This document shows, in pieces, positions 9,416-18,668 of a stretch of 64,000 bases of DNA. Both the position numbers and the translations under genes were made by a program. How positions within the stretch are numbered: the stretch's first letter is position 1; every line of letters begins with the position of its first letter. This DNA is from Candidatus Roizmanbacteria bacterium CG_4_9_14_0_2_um_filter_38_17 (lineage in GTDB: Bacteria > Patescibacteriota > Microgenomatia > GCA-00278855): NCBI GenBank assembly GCA_002788855.1, contig PFSB01000021.1, forward strand, positions 494 to 64,493, in the 5' to 3' direction. The notes beneath the pieces are model-generated. The model saw only the letters and a list, made by a program, of their open reading frames with translations, had not been told where the DNA came from and made no database searches.

Positions 9416-10813
9416 TTATATTTTTACACCCAGTTCTTGGAGCTGCTCACTAGAAGCGGAAGATGGAGCATCAACAACAGCTGTACGTCCACCCGCCGTG
9501 GCAGGAAAAGCAATTACTTCTCGTATTGAAGGTTCACCCAGGCCCGCCATTAAAAAGCGATCAAACCCAGGAGCTATGCCTCCGTGCGGGGGTACCCCAT
9601 AAGCAAATGCAGTTAACATATGCTCAAACTGTGCTTGTTGTTTCTTATTAAAACCTATTAGTTCAAAAACTTTTGTCTGAATCTTCGAGTCATGAATTCT
9701 CACGCTTCCTCCGCCAACTTCAAAACCATTGAGAACCATATCATGTTGCAATCCCCTAACCATCAAAGGGTTTTTATCTAATAAGTGCACATCATCTGGG
9801 TGAGGGGCTGTAAACATGTGATGTGAGGGAGCGATCTTTTTTCCCACTCCGTGATAATAGTCGTCCTTTGTTTGCTCTGCAAACAGCGGAAAATCTATTA
9901 CCCACACAAACGCTAATTCATCTTTGTTGTTTTTATCTTTTCTCAAATCTGGTTTATCCGAACCATATTTTTCTATCGAGTCTTTATGAGATATTCGTGG
10001 CCAGGGAGTTTGGGTAATTTTTTTTTCAGGAAAAAGAGCTTTAGAAAGACTCGTAAATAGCTCTTCAGCCAATTGAAGAATATCCTCTTGGGTAACAAAA
10101 GACATCTCAATATCCAGCTGTGTAAATTCTCCATATGCTCGATCTGCACGAGGATCTTCATCTCTAAAACAGCGAGCCAGCTGAAAATATCTCTCAAATC
10201 CCGCTACCATCAAAAGCTGCTTGTACTGTTGAGGGGATTGAGGAAGTGCATAAAAGCTTCCTTGCTGTAATCGTGACGGGACTAAAAAATCTCGAGCACC
10301 CTCTGGAGTTGTTTTGGTCAAAATGGGCGTCTCGATCTCGACAAAGTCTCGCTCCAATAGAAACTCCCTCATAAATTGAGAAGTCTTGGATCTTAGTTTA
10401 ATATGATGATTCATGCGCTTGCGCCGTAAGTCTAGATACCTATACTTCATGCGCACATTTTCATCAATCTCTGATCCATCTGTATCTATAGGTAATGGTA
10501 ACTCAGAAGATTCCGTGAGCACTTTAAACTCTTTAATCTCTAGCTCCACTTTACCTGTTTCAAGCTGTGGGTTAACCATATTTTCTGGTCTTTCTTTAAC
10601 TGCGCCCACCAGCTCTACGCAGTATTCTGACCCAACCCCTTCTACAAGTTTCGCGTCGGTTGTAACAGTTTGGATAACTCCAGAACGATCACGTATATCC
10701 AAAAATACCACTCTCCCATGGTCACGCCTAGAATTAACCCAACCCTGAAGCATAACCATCTCCCCAACTTTATCATTTGTCTCTATCGCCAAAGTACGTT
10801 TCATTTGTTTCAT
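9416..10813 (-). CDS. aspS: Aspartyl-tRNA synthetase, short form without GAD insertion
   Basis: N-terminal OB anticodon-binding domain. Class II motifs FRDEDPRADR and GGGSVRIHD...GVPPHGGIAPGFDRF. Confidence 0.85.
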   Translation of the reverse strand: MKQMKRTLAIETNDKVGEMVMLQGWVNSRRDHGRVVFLDIRDRSGVIQTVTTDAKLVEGVGSEYCVELVGAVKERPENMVNPQLETGKVELEIKEFKVLTESSELPLPIDTDGSEIDENVRMKYRYLDLRRKRMNHHIKLRSKTSQFMREFLLERDFVEIETPILTKTTPEGARDFLVPSRLQQGSFYALPQSPQQYKQLLMVAGFERYFQLARCFRDEDPRADRAYGEFTQLDIEMSFVTQEDILQLAEELFTSLSKALFPEKKITQTPWPRISHKDSIEKYGSDKPDLRKDKNNKDELAFVWVIDFPLFAEQTKDDYYHGVGKKIAPSHHMFTAPHPDDVHLLDKNPLMVRGLQHDMVLNGFEVGGGSVRIHDSKIQTKVFELIGFNKKQQAQFEHMLTAFAYGVPPHGGIAPGFDRFLMAGLGEPSIREVIAFPATAGGRTAVVDAPSSASSEQLQELGVKI

Positions 10814-10947
10814 GGTTTACCCAAACTTAATTATACTCTGTTTTAATGATATTGACAAAAAATTACATATATTCTAAAATACATAGACAATATGAAACAA
10901 AGTAATATTATTCTTGATGTCCGCTACATCCTCTTTACCGAGGATTT

Positions 10948-10993
10948 TTGCGGGATGTAAGAATTAATAAATAATTAATTAACATCCCCGCAA
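10948..10993 (+). promoter_or_regulatory. Long hairpin in the divergent intergenic region upstream of the 11006 ORF
   Basis: ttgcgggatgt...acatccccgcaa form 11-bp arms with an AT-rich loop. An inner ccccGCAAgggg stem (GNRA loop) plus T7 ends 1 nt before the ATG at 11006. Confidence 0.35.
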
Positions 10994-11005
10994 GGGGATT
11001 TTTTT

Positions 11006-11794
11006 ATGACTCTAATAGAAATTAGTATTGGTCCATTAACAGGTCAAGAAAGAGAACACATAAGGCGTATGCCTAATCCTTATGGTAAGCGTTTTGTTAA
11101 ACCCGAGTTTATCAACGACGGAATCCGTTGTGGAAGACTAGTACTCACACCAGTTCTTAAAGCCCTACATCAGCTAGGCATATACCCTGAAAAAGGACGG
11201 CTACTAAATAGATACGGCTATACAAGATCAACGCTATTATTTGGAACTACTCAGCATAATGCATCACATATAGAAGTCAAAACAGAAACTCCTCCAGAGC
11301 CCACACCACCAATCCAAATTGAACAACCTCTTATAATATCCAATCTATTAGAAATTACTACAGTACTTGACCCGAATCAGGTGACTTATGAAAACTCATT
11401 ATTAGAACTATGTGAAAGAAATCAAAAAAGAGCAGATGCGGTAGGTTTTGCTGCAGACCTAGTTTGCGAGTTATTGAACGAACACAAACCAGATCCTAAT
11501 GTTACCCTTAAACCTTGGCATTTTGTAGAATTTAAAGAAGCAAAGACAGGTATTGGACATGATGTAACTCTAAGAAGATTAAACAAAAAAAATCCACCTA
11601 TGGCAGCTGGAATATGGGGATTTATACAGGGAATGGAAAGAGGACGCGCTCCTACGTGTGGCGTAAGACTAGTTGATTCAATTGCTCAAACACTCGAAAA
11701 ACCAAGTTTAATAAACTCGATGTTTGAATTAGCAAAACCAGATCCACAATCGACAGATTCATGGAATATGGCAAATCCACAAATAAGTATATAA
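11006..11794 (+). CDS. Hypothetical protein (orphan, locally higher GC)
   Basis: Clean 262-aa ORF with no recognisable motif. A REP-like element lies just downstream. Confidence 0.5.
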   Translation: MTLIEISIGPLTGQEREHIRRMPNPYGKRFVKPEFINDGIRCGRLVLTPVLKALHQLGIYPEKGRLLNRYGYTRSTLLFGTTQHNASHIEVKTETPPEPTPPIQIEQPLIISNLLEITTVLDPNQVTYENSLLELCERNQKRADAVGFAADLVCELLNEHKPDPNVTLKPWHFVEFKEAKTGIGHDVTLRRLNKKNPPMAAGIWGFIQGMERGRAPTCGVRLVDSIAQTLEKPSLINSMFELAKPDPQSTDSWNMANPQISI

Positions 11795-11890
11795 AGATCC
11801 GATCTATATGAGCAAAACAAAGCGAGGCTTTTCATGAAATGGAAGACCTGTTTTAAGTTGAGCGGTTATATTCCGAGATGTGCGCTCATT

Positions 11891-11925
11891 CACACTCCAG
11901 GAGTGATATAGGTTAACACCTAAGG
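11891..11925 (+). repeat. Degenerate REP-family copy (REP-E)
   Basis: cacactccaggagtgatataggttaacacctaagg matches the cactccaggagtg palindrome and gttgacacct tail of the other copies. Confidence 0.5.
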
Positions 11926-11926
11926 T

Positions 11927-13552
11927 TTATCCTTGTTTTATATCTTTAATCATCAGCTGGAGGTTTTCATTTCCATTCCATTTATTTAGATCCAGAGTAA
12001 AAGCAATATCTACTGGTTCTTTTACATCTATTTTTTCAAGCATATATGCCTTACTAAACCCAATTGCATCTATCCCATTAACTTTTACTTTTAAGTGATT
12101 ACCTTCTTTACCAATTTTGCGAACATCATCAAGATATATCTGGTTCATACTAAATATGGGCTTCTCATTGCTTGTTCCAAATGGCTTTAGCTCCTCTATT
12201 TTATCCAATAGATCCCGCGTTATCTCTTCCATATTTAATTCTAGATCAATATTCAAAACTCTCTCCAAAAGCTCTGGATCAATCTGGTCTACAGCTTTTT
12301 GAATCAGTTCTTCTGCTACCTGAGAAATATTCCCCGTCTCTACCGAAAATCCCGCCGCCATTGTGTGCCCACCAGCGTTAACTAACTGGTCCTCAACTTG
12401 ACGAATAAGTTTAATTATATCTACACCAGGAATAGATCTAGCCGAAGCTTTAGAAATGCCATTTTCATTTTGAGCAATAACAATCGTGGGACGATAAAAG
12501 CGGCGACTTAGACTACCAGCTATAAGCCCTATTATTCCTTCATCATATGAAGAGTCAGCGATGACCAAAAGAGGTGGCATCCCTTTTACCCCTTTAAGTT
12601 GTTCTAGGCTCATATCAATCTGTTCATTTGTCAGCAACTGCCTCTTCCTATTTAGACTTGCAAGCTTTTGAGCAATCGCGATTGCTGCTCGTTCATCCTT
12701 TGTACAAAAAAGCCTTAGAGCATCTAAGGCGTCACCTAATCTACCCGCTGCGTTTATTCGGGGCCCTAGGATATACCCTATGTGATACGGATCAAGATCA
12801 GTTCCAAGTAGACCTGACTCTTGTAGTAGAGAACGAATTCCTACTCGACTAGATTGAGATAGTAGTGGTAGACCATGGCTAACTATTTGACGATTTGGAC
12901 CTTGAAGAGGTAATACGTCTCCAATCGTACCAAGAGCAGCAAGCGCTAGTCGCTCTGGATTGTCCCTCAGATTATCTATCTGTCTTGAAACAAACCAGGA
13001 AACTCCTGCTCCGGCAAGCGTAGTTGTATGCACAACCGCGATTGCATGACTACATAGCTTAACTACCTCAGATTTGTTAGGCGCTTGATGATGGTCTGTG
13101 ATAATAACATCTACTCCAGCGTCCGTTAATTGCATAACAAAATTGGAAGCTGTAATTCCATGATCTACCGTTATCACAAGAGTCGGATTATATTTTTCCT
13201 TAACACTCTTTATCCCTGCAGAAGAAAAACCATATCCCTCACTTTTCCGATCTGGAATATAGGGCCACACAACCGCACCTAGTTCATGCAAGGTCTCCCA
13301 CGCAATTGCAGTTGCCGATACACCATCTATATCAAAATCACCATATACTACAATTGTCTCCTTATTTTTTATGGCCTTCTTAATTCTGACTAGAGCTTTA
13401 GCCAGCTGAGCCTCATCTATTCCAACTTCTTTTGCTGTAAGAGTATAAGGAGAGTGAGGTTTTAGAAAATCACTCGCTGATTCTACTCCTCGTAATTTTA
13501 ATAAGTGAGTAAGGATATTTTCAGATTTACGTGTCTCAACATTCCAGCGCAT
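11927..13552 (-). CDS. recJ: Single-stranded-DNA-specific exonuclease RecJ
   Basis: DHH family motifs (DFDIDGVSATAI, DHG, ITDHHQ) and DHHA1-type C-terminal region. Confidence 0.85.
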   Translation of the reverse strand: MRWNVETRKSENILTHLLKLRGVESASDFLKPHSPYTLTAKEVGIDEAQLAKALVRIKKAIKNKETIVVYGDFDIDGVSATAIAWETLHELGAVVWPYIPDRKSEGYGFSSAGIKSVKEKYNPTLVITVDHGITASNFVMQLTDAGVDVIITDHHQAPNKSEVVKLCSHAIAVVHTTTLAGAGVSWFVSRQIDNLRDNPERLALAALGTIGDVLPLQGPNRQIVSHGLPLLSQSSRVGIRSLLQESGLLGTDLDPYHIGYILGPRINAAGRLGDALDALRLFCTKDERAAIAIAQKLASLNRKRQLLTNEQIDMSLEQLKGVKGMPPLLVIADSSYDEGIIGLIAGSLSRRFYRPTIVIAQNENGISKASARSIPGVDIIKLIRQVEDQLVNAGGHTMAAGFSVETGNISQVAEELIQKAVDQIDPELLERVLNIDLELNMEEITRDLLDKIEELKPFGTSNEKPIFSMNQIYLDDVRKIGKEGNHLKVKVNGIDAIGFSKAYMLEKIDVKEPVDIAFTLDLNKWNGNENLQLMIKDIKQG

Positions 13553-13585
13553 AAGGTATACTATATCATAGGAATTATATCTATT

Positions 13586-14932
13586 ATGCAGCTTAAACTA
13601 CCAGATTTACCAAGAAAAATTATTAACCAACTGCAACAAGCAGGTTTTGAGTGTTATGCAGTTGGAGGTGGTATCCGTGACTTACTCAGAAGCAAGTCAC
13701 CTACTGACTGGGATTTCACGACCGATGCCACTCCAGAAGAAATTCTTAAAGTTTTTCCTGATGGCTATTATGACAATAAATTTGGTACGGTTGGAATACC
13801 TATGAAAAATTCAATTATTGAGATCACAACCTACCGAACAGAATCTGAATACAAAGACAATCGCCGCCCGGAAAAAGTAGAATGGGGCAAATCTCTTGAG
13901 GAAGATCTCAATCGTCGTGACTTTACCATTAACGCCATTGCCACAAATGGCAAAGAGATCATTGATCCTTTTAACGGTCAATCTGACCTACAAAATAAGC
14001 TTATCCGTGCAGTTGGAGATCCAAATGCCCGGTTTAAAGAAGACGCACTGCGTATGTTGCGGGTAGTCAGACTCGCAACTCAACTTGAATTTTTGGTTGA
14101 GGATAAAACAAGAGATGCGCTTGAAAATGATGTTTCACTTCTTAAGAATATTGCACAAGAACGCGTTCGAGACGAACTGCTACGTCTGTTAAAAGCTGCT
14201 AATCCCGCCGATGGAATTCTCTTGCTTAAGCATACTGGTCTTCTACAGTACATTCTCCCTGAGCTTCTAGAAAGCTTTAAAATTGATCAAAAAAGCCCCG
14301 AGCGTCATCATATTCATGACGTAGGCACCCACTGTGTTGAAGCGCTTCGGTATTGCTCAAATCCTGATCCAGTCATAAGGCTTGCGGTTCTTCTACACGA
14401 TATTGGCAAGACTAAAACTGTAAACAAAGATAAATCTGGCATTACCACTTTTTATAATCATGAAGTTGCTGGAGCAAGTATGGCTAGAGATATATCTATG
14501 CGTCTTAAATTATCTAAAAAACAAACAGGTATGATTATTCGATTAGTGCGCTGGCATCAATTTAGTATGGAGGATACTCTGACAGATAAAGCAGTACGCC
14601 GCTTCATTAGAAACGTAGGACTAGAAAATATTCAAGCTATGCTAGATCTTAGAGTAGCTGATCGCAAAGGAAGCGGGGCCAAAGAAAGCTCCTGGAGATT
14701 CGAGTTATTTAGAAAACGCCTTATTGAAATTCAAAAAACTCCTTTCTCCATTCAGGATCTTAAAGTGGACGGTAACGATATAATAGAGGCTCTTAAAATT
14801 AAACCTTCCCGTCAAGTTGGAGAAATACTCGAAGCAATCTTTGATAAAGTAGACAATGACGAACTCCCTAATGAAAGAGAAAAATTACTGGAACAAATCA
14901 AATCTCTAACACCCACTCCAGGAGTGGGTTGA
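13586..14932 (+). CDS. cca: tRNA nucleotidyltransferase (CCA-adding) / poly(A) polymerase with HD domain
   Basis: GGxVRD and RRDFTINA Pol-beta nucleotidyltransferase motifs. HD domain HHIHDVGTH...LLHDIGK. Start refined to MQLKLPD. Last 7 codons (TPTPGVG*) are encoded by REP-A. Confidence 0.85.
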   Translation: MQLKLPDLPRKIINQLQQAGFECYAVGGGIRDLLRSKSPTDWDFTTDATPEEILKVFPDGYYDNKFGTVGIPMKNSIIEITTYRTESEYKDNRRPEKVEWGKSLEEDLNRRDFTINAIATNGKEIIDPFNGQSDLQNKLIRAVGDPNARFKEDALRMLRVVRLATQLEFLVEDKTRDALENDVSLLKNIAQERVRDELLRLLKAANPADGILLLKHTGLLQYILPELLESFKIDQKSPERHHIHDVGTHCVEALRYCSNPDPVIRLAVLLHDIGKTKTVNKDKSGITTFYNHEVAGASMARDISMRLKLSKKQTGMIIRLVRWHQFSMEDTLTDKAVRRFIRNVGLENIQAMLDLRVADRKGSGAKESSWRFELFRKRLIEIQKTPFSIQDLKVDGNDIIEALKIKPSRQVGEILEAIFDKVDNDELPNEREKLLEQIKSLTPTPGVG

Positions 14933-14946
14933 GTTGACACCTAAGG
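14911..14946 (+). repeat. REP element copy A
   Basis: acccactccaggagtgggttgagttgacacctaagg. Inverted relative to copy B on the other side of the RAYT gene. Confidence 0.8.
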
Positions 14947-14969
14947 AATATTTATAGTATTGTCATATT

Positions 14970-15662
14970 ATGCCTTCACGTAAAATACCTCTCATAACGC
15001 AGGGTATTTACCACATCTTTAATCGTAGTGTAGCTGGACAAACTATATTTAGAAATATAAGAGAATATCAAATATTTTTAGACTTATTAGAATACTACTC
15101 GTTTACCCATGCAAAACACCGCTTTTCTCACTATAGAAGACTCGAAGATGAAACAAAGAAGCAAACGCTCAATAAACTATATCAACAAAGCGATAAACTT
15201 GTAGATATATATTCTTTCTGCATTATGCCAAATCACTATCACTTACTATTAAAGCAACTAACCGATGATGGCATAAGCAAATTTATCAGACAAATCCAAA
15301 ATAGTTATGCCAGATACATCAATATCAAAACACAACGTAATGGAGCCTTACTTCAATCCCCATTTAAATCCGTTTTAATAGAGAATGACGAACAATTTAT
15401 CCATGTAGCAAGATATATTCACCTAAATCCCTTAACATCGTACATTCTAACAAACCAGTCCGAACTAGCTAACCTAGAGTGGTGCTCATATAAAGACTAC
15501 TGCAGTGCAAATAGTAGAGGTTTTGTTAACACATCAAACCTCATGTCCTACTACAATTCAATTGATGAATTAAACAAATTCACCCTAAATCAGGTTGATT
15601 ACCAAAGAGCACTAGCCAAGATAAAACATCTTACACTTGAAAAGTCCTTTCCAAATCCTTAA
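14970..15662 (+). CDS. REP-associated tyrosine transposase (RAYT; IS200/IS605-like Y1 HUH transposase)
   Basis: HUH motif MPNHYHLLL and catalytic-Tyr region ARYIHLNPL. Flanked by inverted REP copies A and B. Confidence 0.8.
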   Translation: MPSRKIPLITQGIYHIFNRSVAGQTIFRNIREYQIFLDLLEYYSFTHAKHRFSHYRRLEDETKKQTLNKLYQQSDKLVDIYSFCIMPNHYHLLLKQLTDDGISKFIRQIQNSYARYINIKTQRNGALLQSPFKSVLIENDEQFIHVARYIHLNPLTSYILTNQSELANLEWCSYKDYCSANSRGFVNTSNLMSYYNSIDELNKFTLNQVDYQRALAKIKHLTLEKSFPNP

Positions 15663-15693
15663 GTGTCAACCTAACCCACTCCAGGAGTGGGTT
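15663..15693 (-). repeat. REP element copy B (inverted orientation)
   Basis: gtgtcaacctaacccactccaggagtgggtt is the reverse complement of the copy A pattern. Confidence 0.8.
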
Positions 15694-15728
15694 CTCACAT
15701 TACGTTTCTGAAATGTAGCTAAATTCAT

Positions 15729-16568
15729 TTATTTCTTTTTAAGCAGCAAACTAAGGACTGGGACTGCTACAAATGGCGATGAATAAGTTCCAAGCACAGT
15801 TCCAATCAGAAGTGCAACCATAAACCAGCGAATAGTCTCACCTCCCAGAAGAATCATTGCTAATAACATAAACAATATTGTTAGAGAATTATTAATCGAC
15901 CTTACCATTGTCTCTGTTAAGGCGCTATTGGCAACTTTTGTAATATCTTTGGAGTTTTTATCTCCTGAGTTCTCTCGAATTCTATTAAACACCACTACCG
16001 TATCATGAACAGAAAATGACATCGTCGTTAAAAGCGCAGTAACAAATAATGCATCAACCTCAACAAGCATAAATTTACCTAAGACAGCAAATACACCAGC
16101 TAATATCAAGGTGTCATGCAGAAGTGCTACTATCGCAGCCATTCCATACTTTAAGTTCTTGAATGCCCAGGCCAGATAGGCAAGAATGCCTATCACAGCG
16201 ATAATTGCAGCTGTAAGGGTCTTATTTAATAACTCCTTACCAAGCGTTGGTCCTACTGTTTCAAACCGATCAATTTTAATCGATCCTGCAACTGAGGCTA
16301 TTTCCTCTCTAATCAAAGCAATTTTCTTTTGCTCGATAAAATCTGTTTTTATTAATACTTTTTCACCACTATCTTGTACAGCTTGGACATTGATGTCATT
16401 TTTGTTTAAAATAGTCAAGATTTCCTTATTATTAACCTCAATCAAGGTTCCTCCTGTAAAATCTATCCCTGGTTTTAGACCCCAAATAACTAATGCCAGA
16501 ATACTTATTCCTGCAAGAATACCTGAAGCCGTAAAATATATTCGCTTGTACTGTAGCCAGTTAATCAT
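15729..16568 (-). CDS. secF: Protein translocase subunit SecF
   Basis: SecD/SecF family membrane topology and GIDFTGG motif. 4-bp overlap with secD. Confidence 0.85.
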   Translation of the reverse strand: MINWLQYKRIYFTASGILAGISILALVIWGLKPGIDFTGGTLIEVNNKEILTILNKNDINVQAVQDSGEKVLIKTDFIEQKKIALIREEIASVAGSIKIDRFETVGPTLGKELLNKTLTAAIIAVIGILAYLAWAFKNLKYGMAAIVALLHDTLILAGVFAVLGKFMLVEVDALFVTALLTTMSFSVHDTVVVFNRIRENSGDKNSKDITKVANSALTETMVRSINNSLTILFMLLAMILLGGETIRWFMVALLIGTVLGTYSSPFVAVPVLSLLLKKK

Positions 16569-17899
16569 TTTTTACTCCTATAAAACATTCTCATTAGGGT
16601 TCGCGTTACAAATACCCCAGTAAACAACCCAATAATGACCCCAATCGCAAGAGTCAACGCAAATCCCCGTATTAATCCAAATCTAGGTAAAAACTGCCAG
16701 TCTAATGGATTAAAGAGAATAAATGTGGTAAGTAGCGTTGCAACATTTGCGTCTCTGATTGAATCCCAAGCTCTACCAAAGGCAATTTCCATAGCTTGCT
16801 GCCAGGGCAGACCATCTCTTATTTCTTCTCGCACTCTCTCGAAGATAAGAATATTTGCATCCACTGCCATTCCTATGGAAAGCATAAATCCAGCAATTCC
16901 AGACAATGTTAATGTAACTGGTATAACTTTAAACACCATAAAAGATATTAAACCATAAATGATTAATGCTACCACAGCAATAACGCCCATCTGACCATAA
17001 AAACCAATCATAAAAAAAGCCACCATCAATAGACCAACCGATCCAGCAAGAATACTTTTATCTATTGCAACTTGTCCTAAAGTTGGACCAATATTACGCT
17101 GGGAAATTAGCTCTATACTAACTGGTAATGCTCCAGCATTAAGCTGTGTAGTCAATTGTTTAGCCGCGTCTATTGTAAAGCCACCAGATATCTGAGCCTG
17201 CCCTCCAGTTATAGCCTCATTAACTCGGGGTGCAGACATAATCTGGTCATCTAGAAAAATTGCTAGCTGTCTATTAATATTTCGCTTTGTTGCCTCTGCA
17301 AATAGTTTTGCTCCTTCATTGTCAAACATAAGCCCTACCACTGGCTCACCTGATTGTTGATCAAACTGGACCTCTGCTCTTTTGAGATTTCTACCAGTAA
17401 TTCCTGAATCAATAGTAAACGGCCCGTATGTCGAAGACAGCTCTGCTGTCTGAGATGCCTCGTCGGCAGAAGGTGTACTTTCTGGAGATTCACGAAACTT
17501 AAGCTGAGCTGTTTTTCCTATCAGATCAACCGCATTACCTACATCTTCCACTCCTGGAAGCTCAACAATAATTCTGTAACTTGCCCCAGATTTTGAAGTC
17601 TGCACCTGTGCCTCGGATATACCAAAATAATTCACCCTTCTCTCAATAATATTACGCGCACCCTCCAATGCTCGCTCTCTATCCGCTTGATCTATTTCTT
17701 CGAGTTTTGCCTCGAAAACCAGATGACTTCCCCCCGCCAGATCCAAACCCAAGGAGGTACGGAAACTTTTATGTATTCTAACTTTTCCAAAAGCTATATT
17801 AATACCTGACAATCCGTAGAATTGCTCAGGCAATATAACTAATAACGAAAACAACGTAAGTATAAATATTAACCAAACTGAAAATCTTCTTTTTTGCAT
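16565..17899 (-). CDS. secD: Protein translocase subunit SecD
   Basis: GLDLAGG motif, large periplasmic domain and C-terminal six-TM SecD/F core. Confidence 0.85.
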   Translation of the reverse strand: MQKRRFSVWLIFILTLFSLLVILPEQFYGLSGINIAFGKVRIHKSFRTSLGLDLAGGSHLVFEAKLEEIDQADRERALEGARNIIERRVNYFGISEAQVQTSKSGASYRIIVELPGVEDVGNAVDLIGKTAQLKFRESPESTPSADEASQTAELSSTYGPFTIDSGITGRNLKRAEVQFDQQSGEPVVGLMFDNEGAKLFAEATKRNINRQLAIFLDDQIMSAPRVNEAITGGQAQISGGFTIDAAKQLTTQLNAGALPVSIELISQRNIGPTLGQVAIDKSILAGSVGLLMVAFFMIGFYGQMGVIAVVALIIYGLISFMVFKVIPVTLTLSGIAGFMLSIGMAVDANILIFERVREEIRDGLPWQQAMEIAFGRAWDSIRDANVATLLTTFILFNPLDWQFLPRFGLIRGFALTLAIGVIIGLFTGVFVTRTLMRMFYRSKK

Positions 17900-17900
17900 A

Positions 17901-18077
17901 TTATTTCTTCCCTATTTGTAACTGTCGAGGATTAGGAAATAGCACCCTAACCTCTGCCTTCTCGATCTCGATTTTAACATCTACTTCATCGCCAGCTCGT
18001 GCACCAATAATCTTGGCAAAGGCAGCTGGAATTACAACCGTTAAACTATTACCTGTTTTAAAAATTTTTTGCTTCAT
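17901..18077 (-). CDS. AbrB/MazE/SpoVT-type swapped-hairpin domain protein (58 aa; absent from ORF track)
   Basis: Hand translation gives MKQKIFKTGNSLTVVIPAAFAKIIGARAGDEVDVKIEIEKAEVRVLFPNPRQLQIGKK*. KTGNSLxVxIP is the AbrB/MazE signature. Ends 2 nt before the secD start codon. Confidence 0.55.
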   Translation of the reverse strand: MKQKIFKTGNSLTVVIPAAFAKIIGARAGDEVDVKIEIEKAEVRVLFPNPRQLQIGKK

Positions 18078-18087
18078 CTCGGCTCCC

Positions 18088-18666
18088 TCAACCTACCAGC
18101 TCCTCCTCATCACCAATAATAACCATTCTGCTTTCACTAAAAACAGTACTTAAAAAAGGATCCCTACGTTCTTTTCTAAACGCAAACTCTTTTTCATCCA
18201 TAATGCTAAAATTTATTTCTTTTTTATCCCTCTTCTCATGTACACCTACTATTGCAGCCAGTAAATCCGCATCAATCTTCCCTATTGCCAAAAGATCAAG
18301 ACCTGCCTTTTTACGCGTAAGCTTACGAATGTACTTACCAGATAGAACTACAAACTTAACCGAACCAAGTTTCTTGCGATTCTTTAGAATATCTCCACCT
18401 AGCCCAGCTGTTTTATTTATTAACCCCAAAAGATCATAATAGAGATGGTAATTTTTACGTAGTGCATAATATAACCTATTTCCTCTAGGTTCCTTACCAA
18501 GGATTCCTTTCTTCTCTAAATATGCAAGCTCGCGCCTAACTGCATTTATTTCTTCATCAGTTTTACGCACCAGCTGACGAACATAAAATATGTCATCAGG
18601 GGCAAGAAAAAATATAGTTAGTAGTTTTACTCTAACTTTAGAGATTATTAGGTCTGTTAGCGGCAT
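18088..18666 (-). CDS. Hypothetical protein with N-terminal winged-helix-like region
   Basis: Residues ~15-65 (LTIFFLAPDDIFYVRQLVRKTDEEINAVRRELAYLEKKGIL) resemble a wHTH. C-terminal domain unknown. Confidence 0.45.
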   Translation of the reverse strand: MPLTDLIISKVRVKLLTIFFLAPDDIFYVRQLVRKTDEEINAVRRELAYLEKKGILGKEPRGNRLYYALRKNYHLYYDLLGLINKTAGLGGDILKNRKKLGSVKFVVLSGKYIRKLTRKKAGLDLLAIGKIDADLLAAIVGVHEKRDKKEINFSIMDEKEFAFRKERRDPFLSTVFSESRMVIIGDEEELVG

Positions 18667-18668
18667 AT

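Noticed and set aside
9354-10748. Several 60-110 aa ORFs antisense or out-of-frame within aspS (9354..9602, 9463..9651, 9823..10017, 9973..10197, 10073..10270, 10413..10748)
   Set aside because: Fully embedded in a well-supported housekeeping CDS; no motifs. Typical shadow ORFs.
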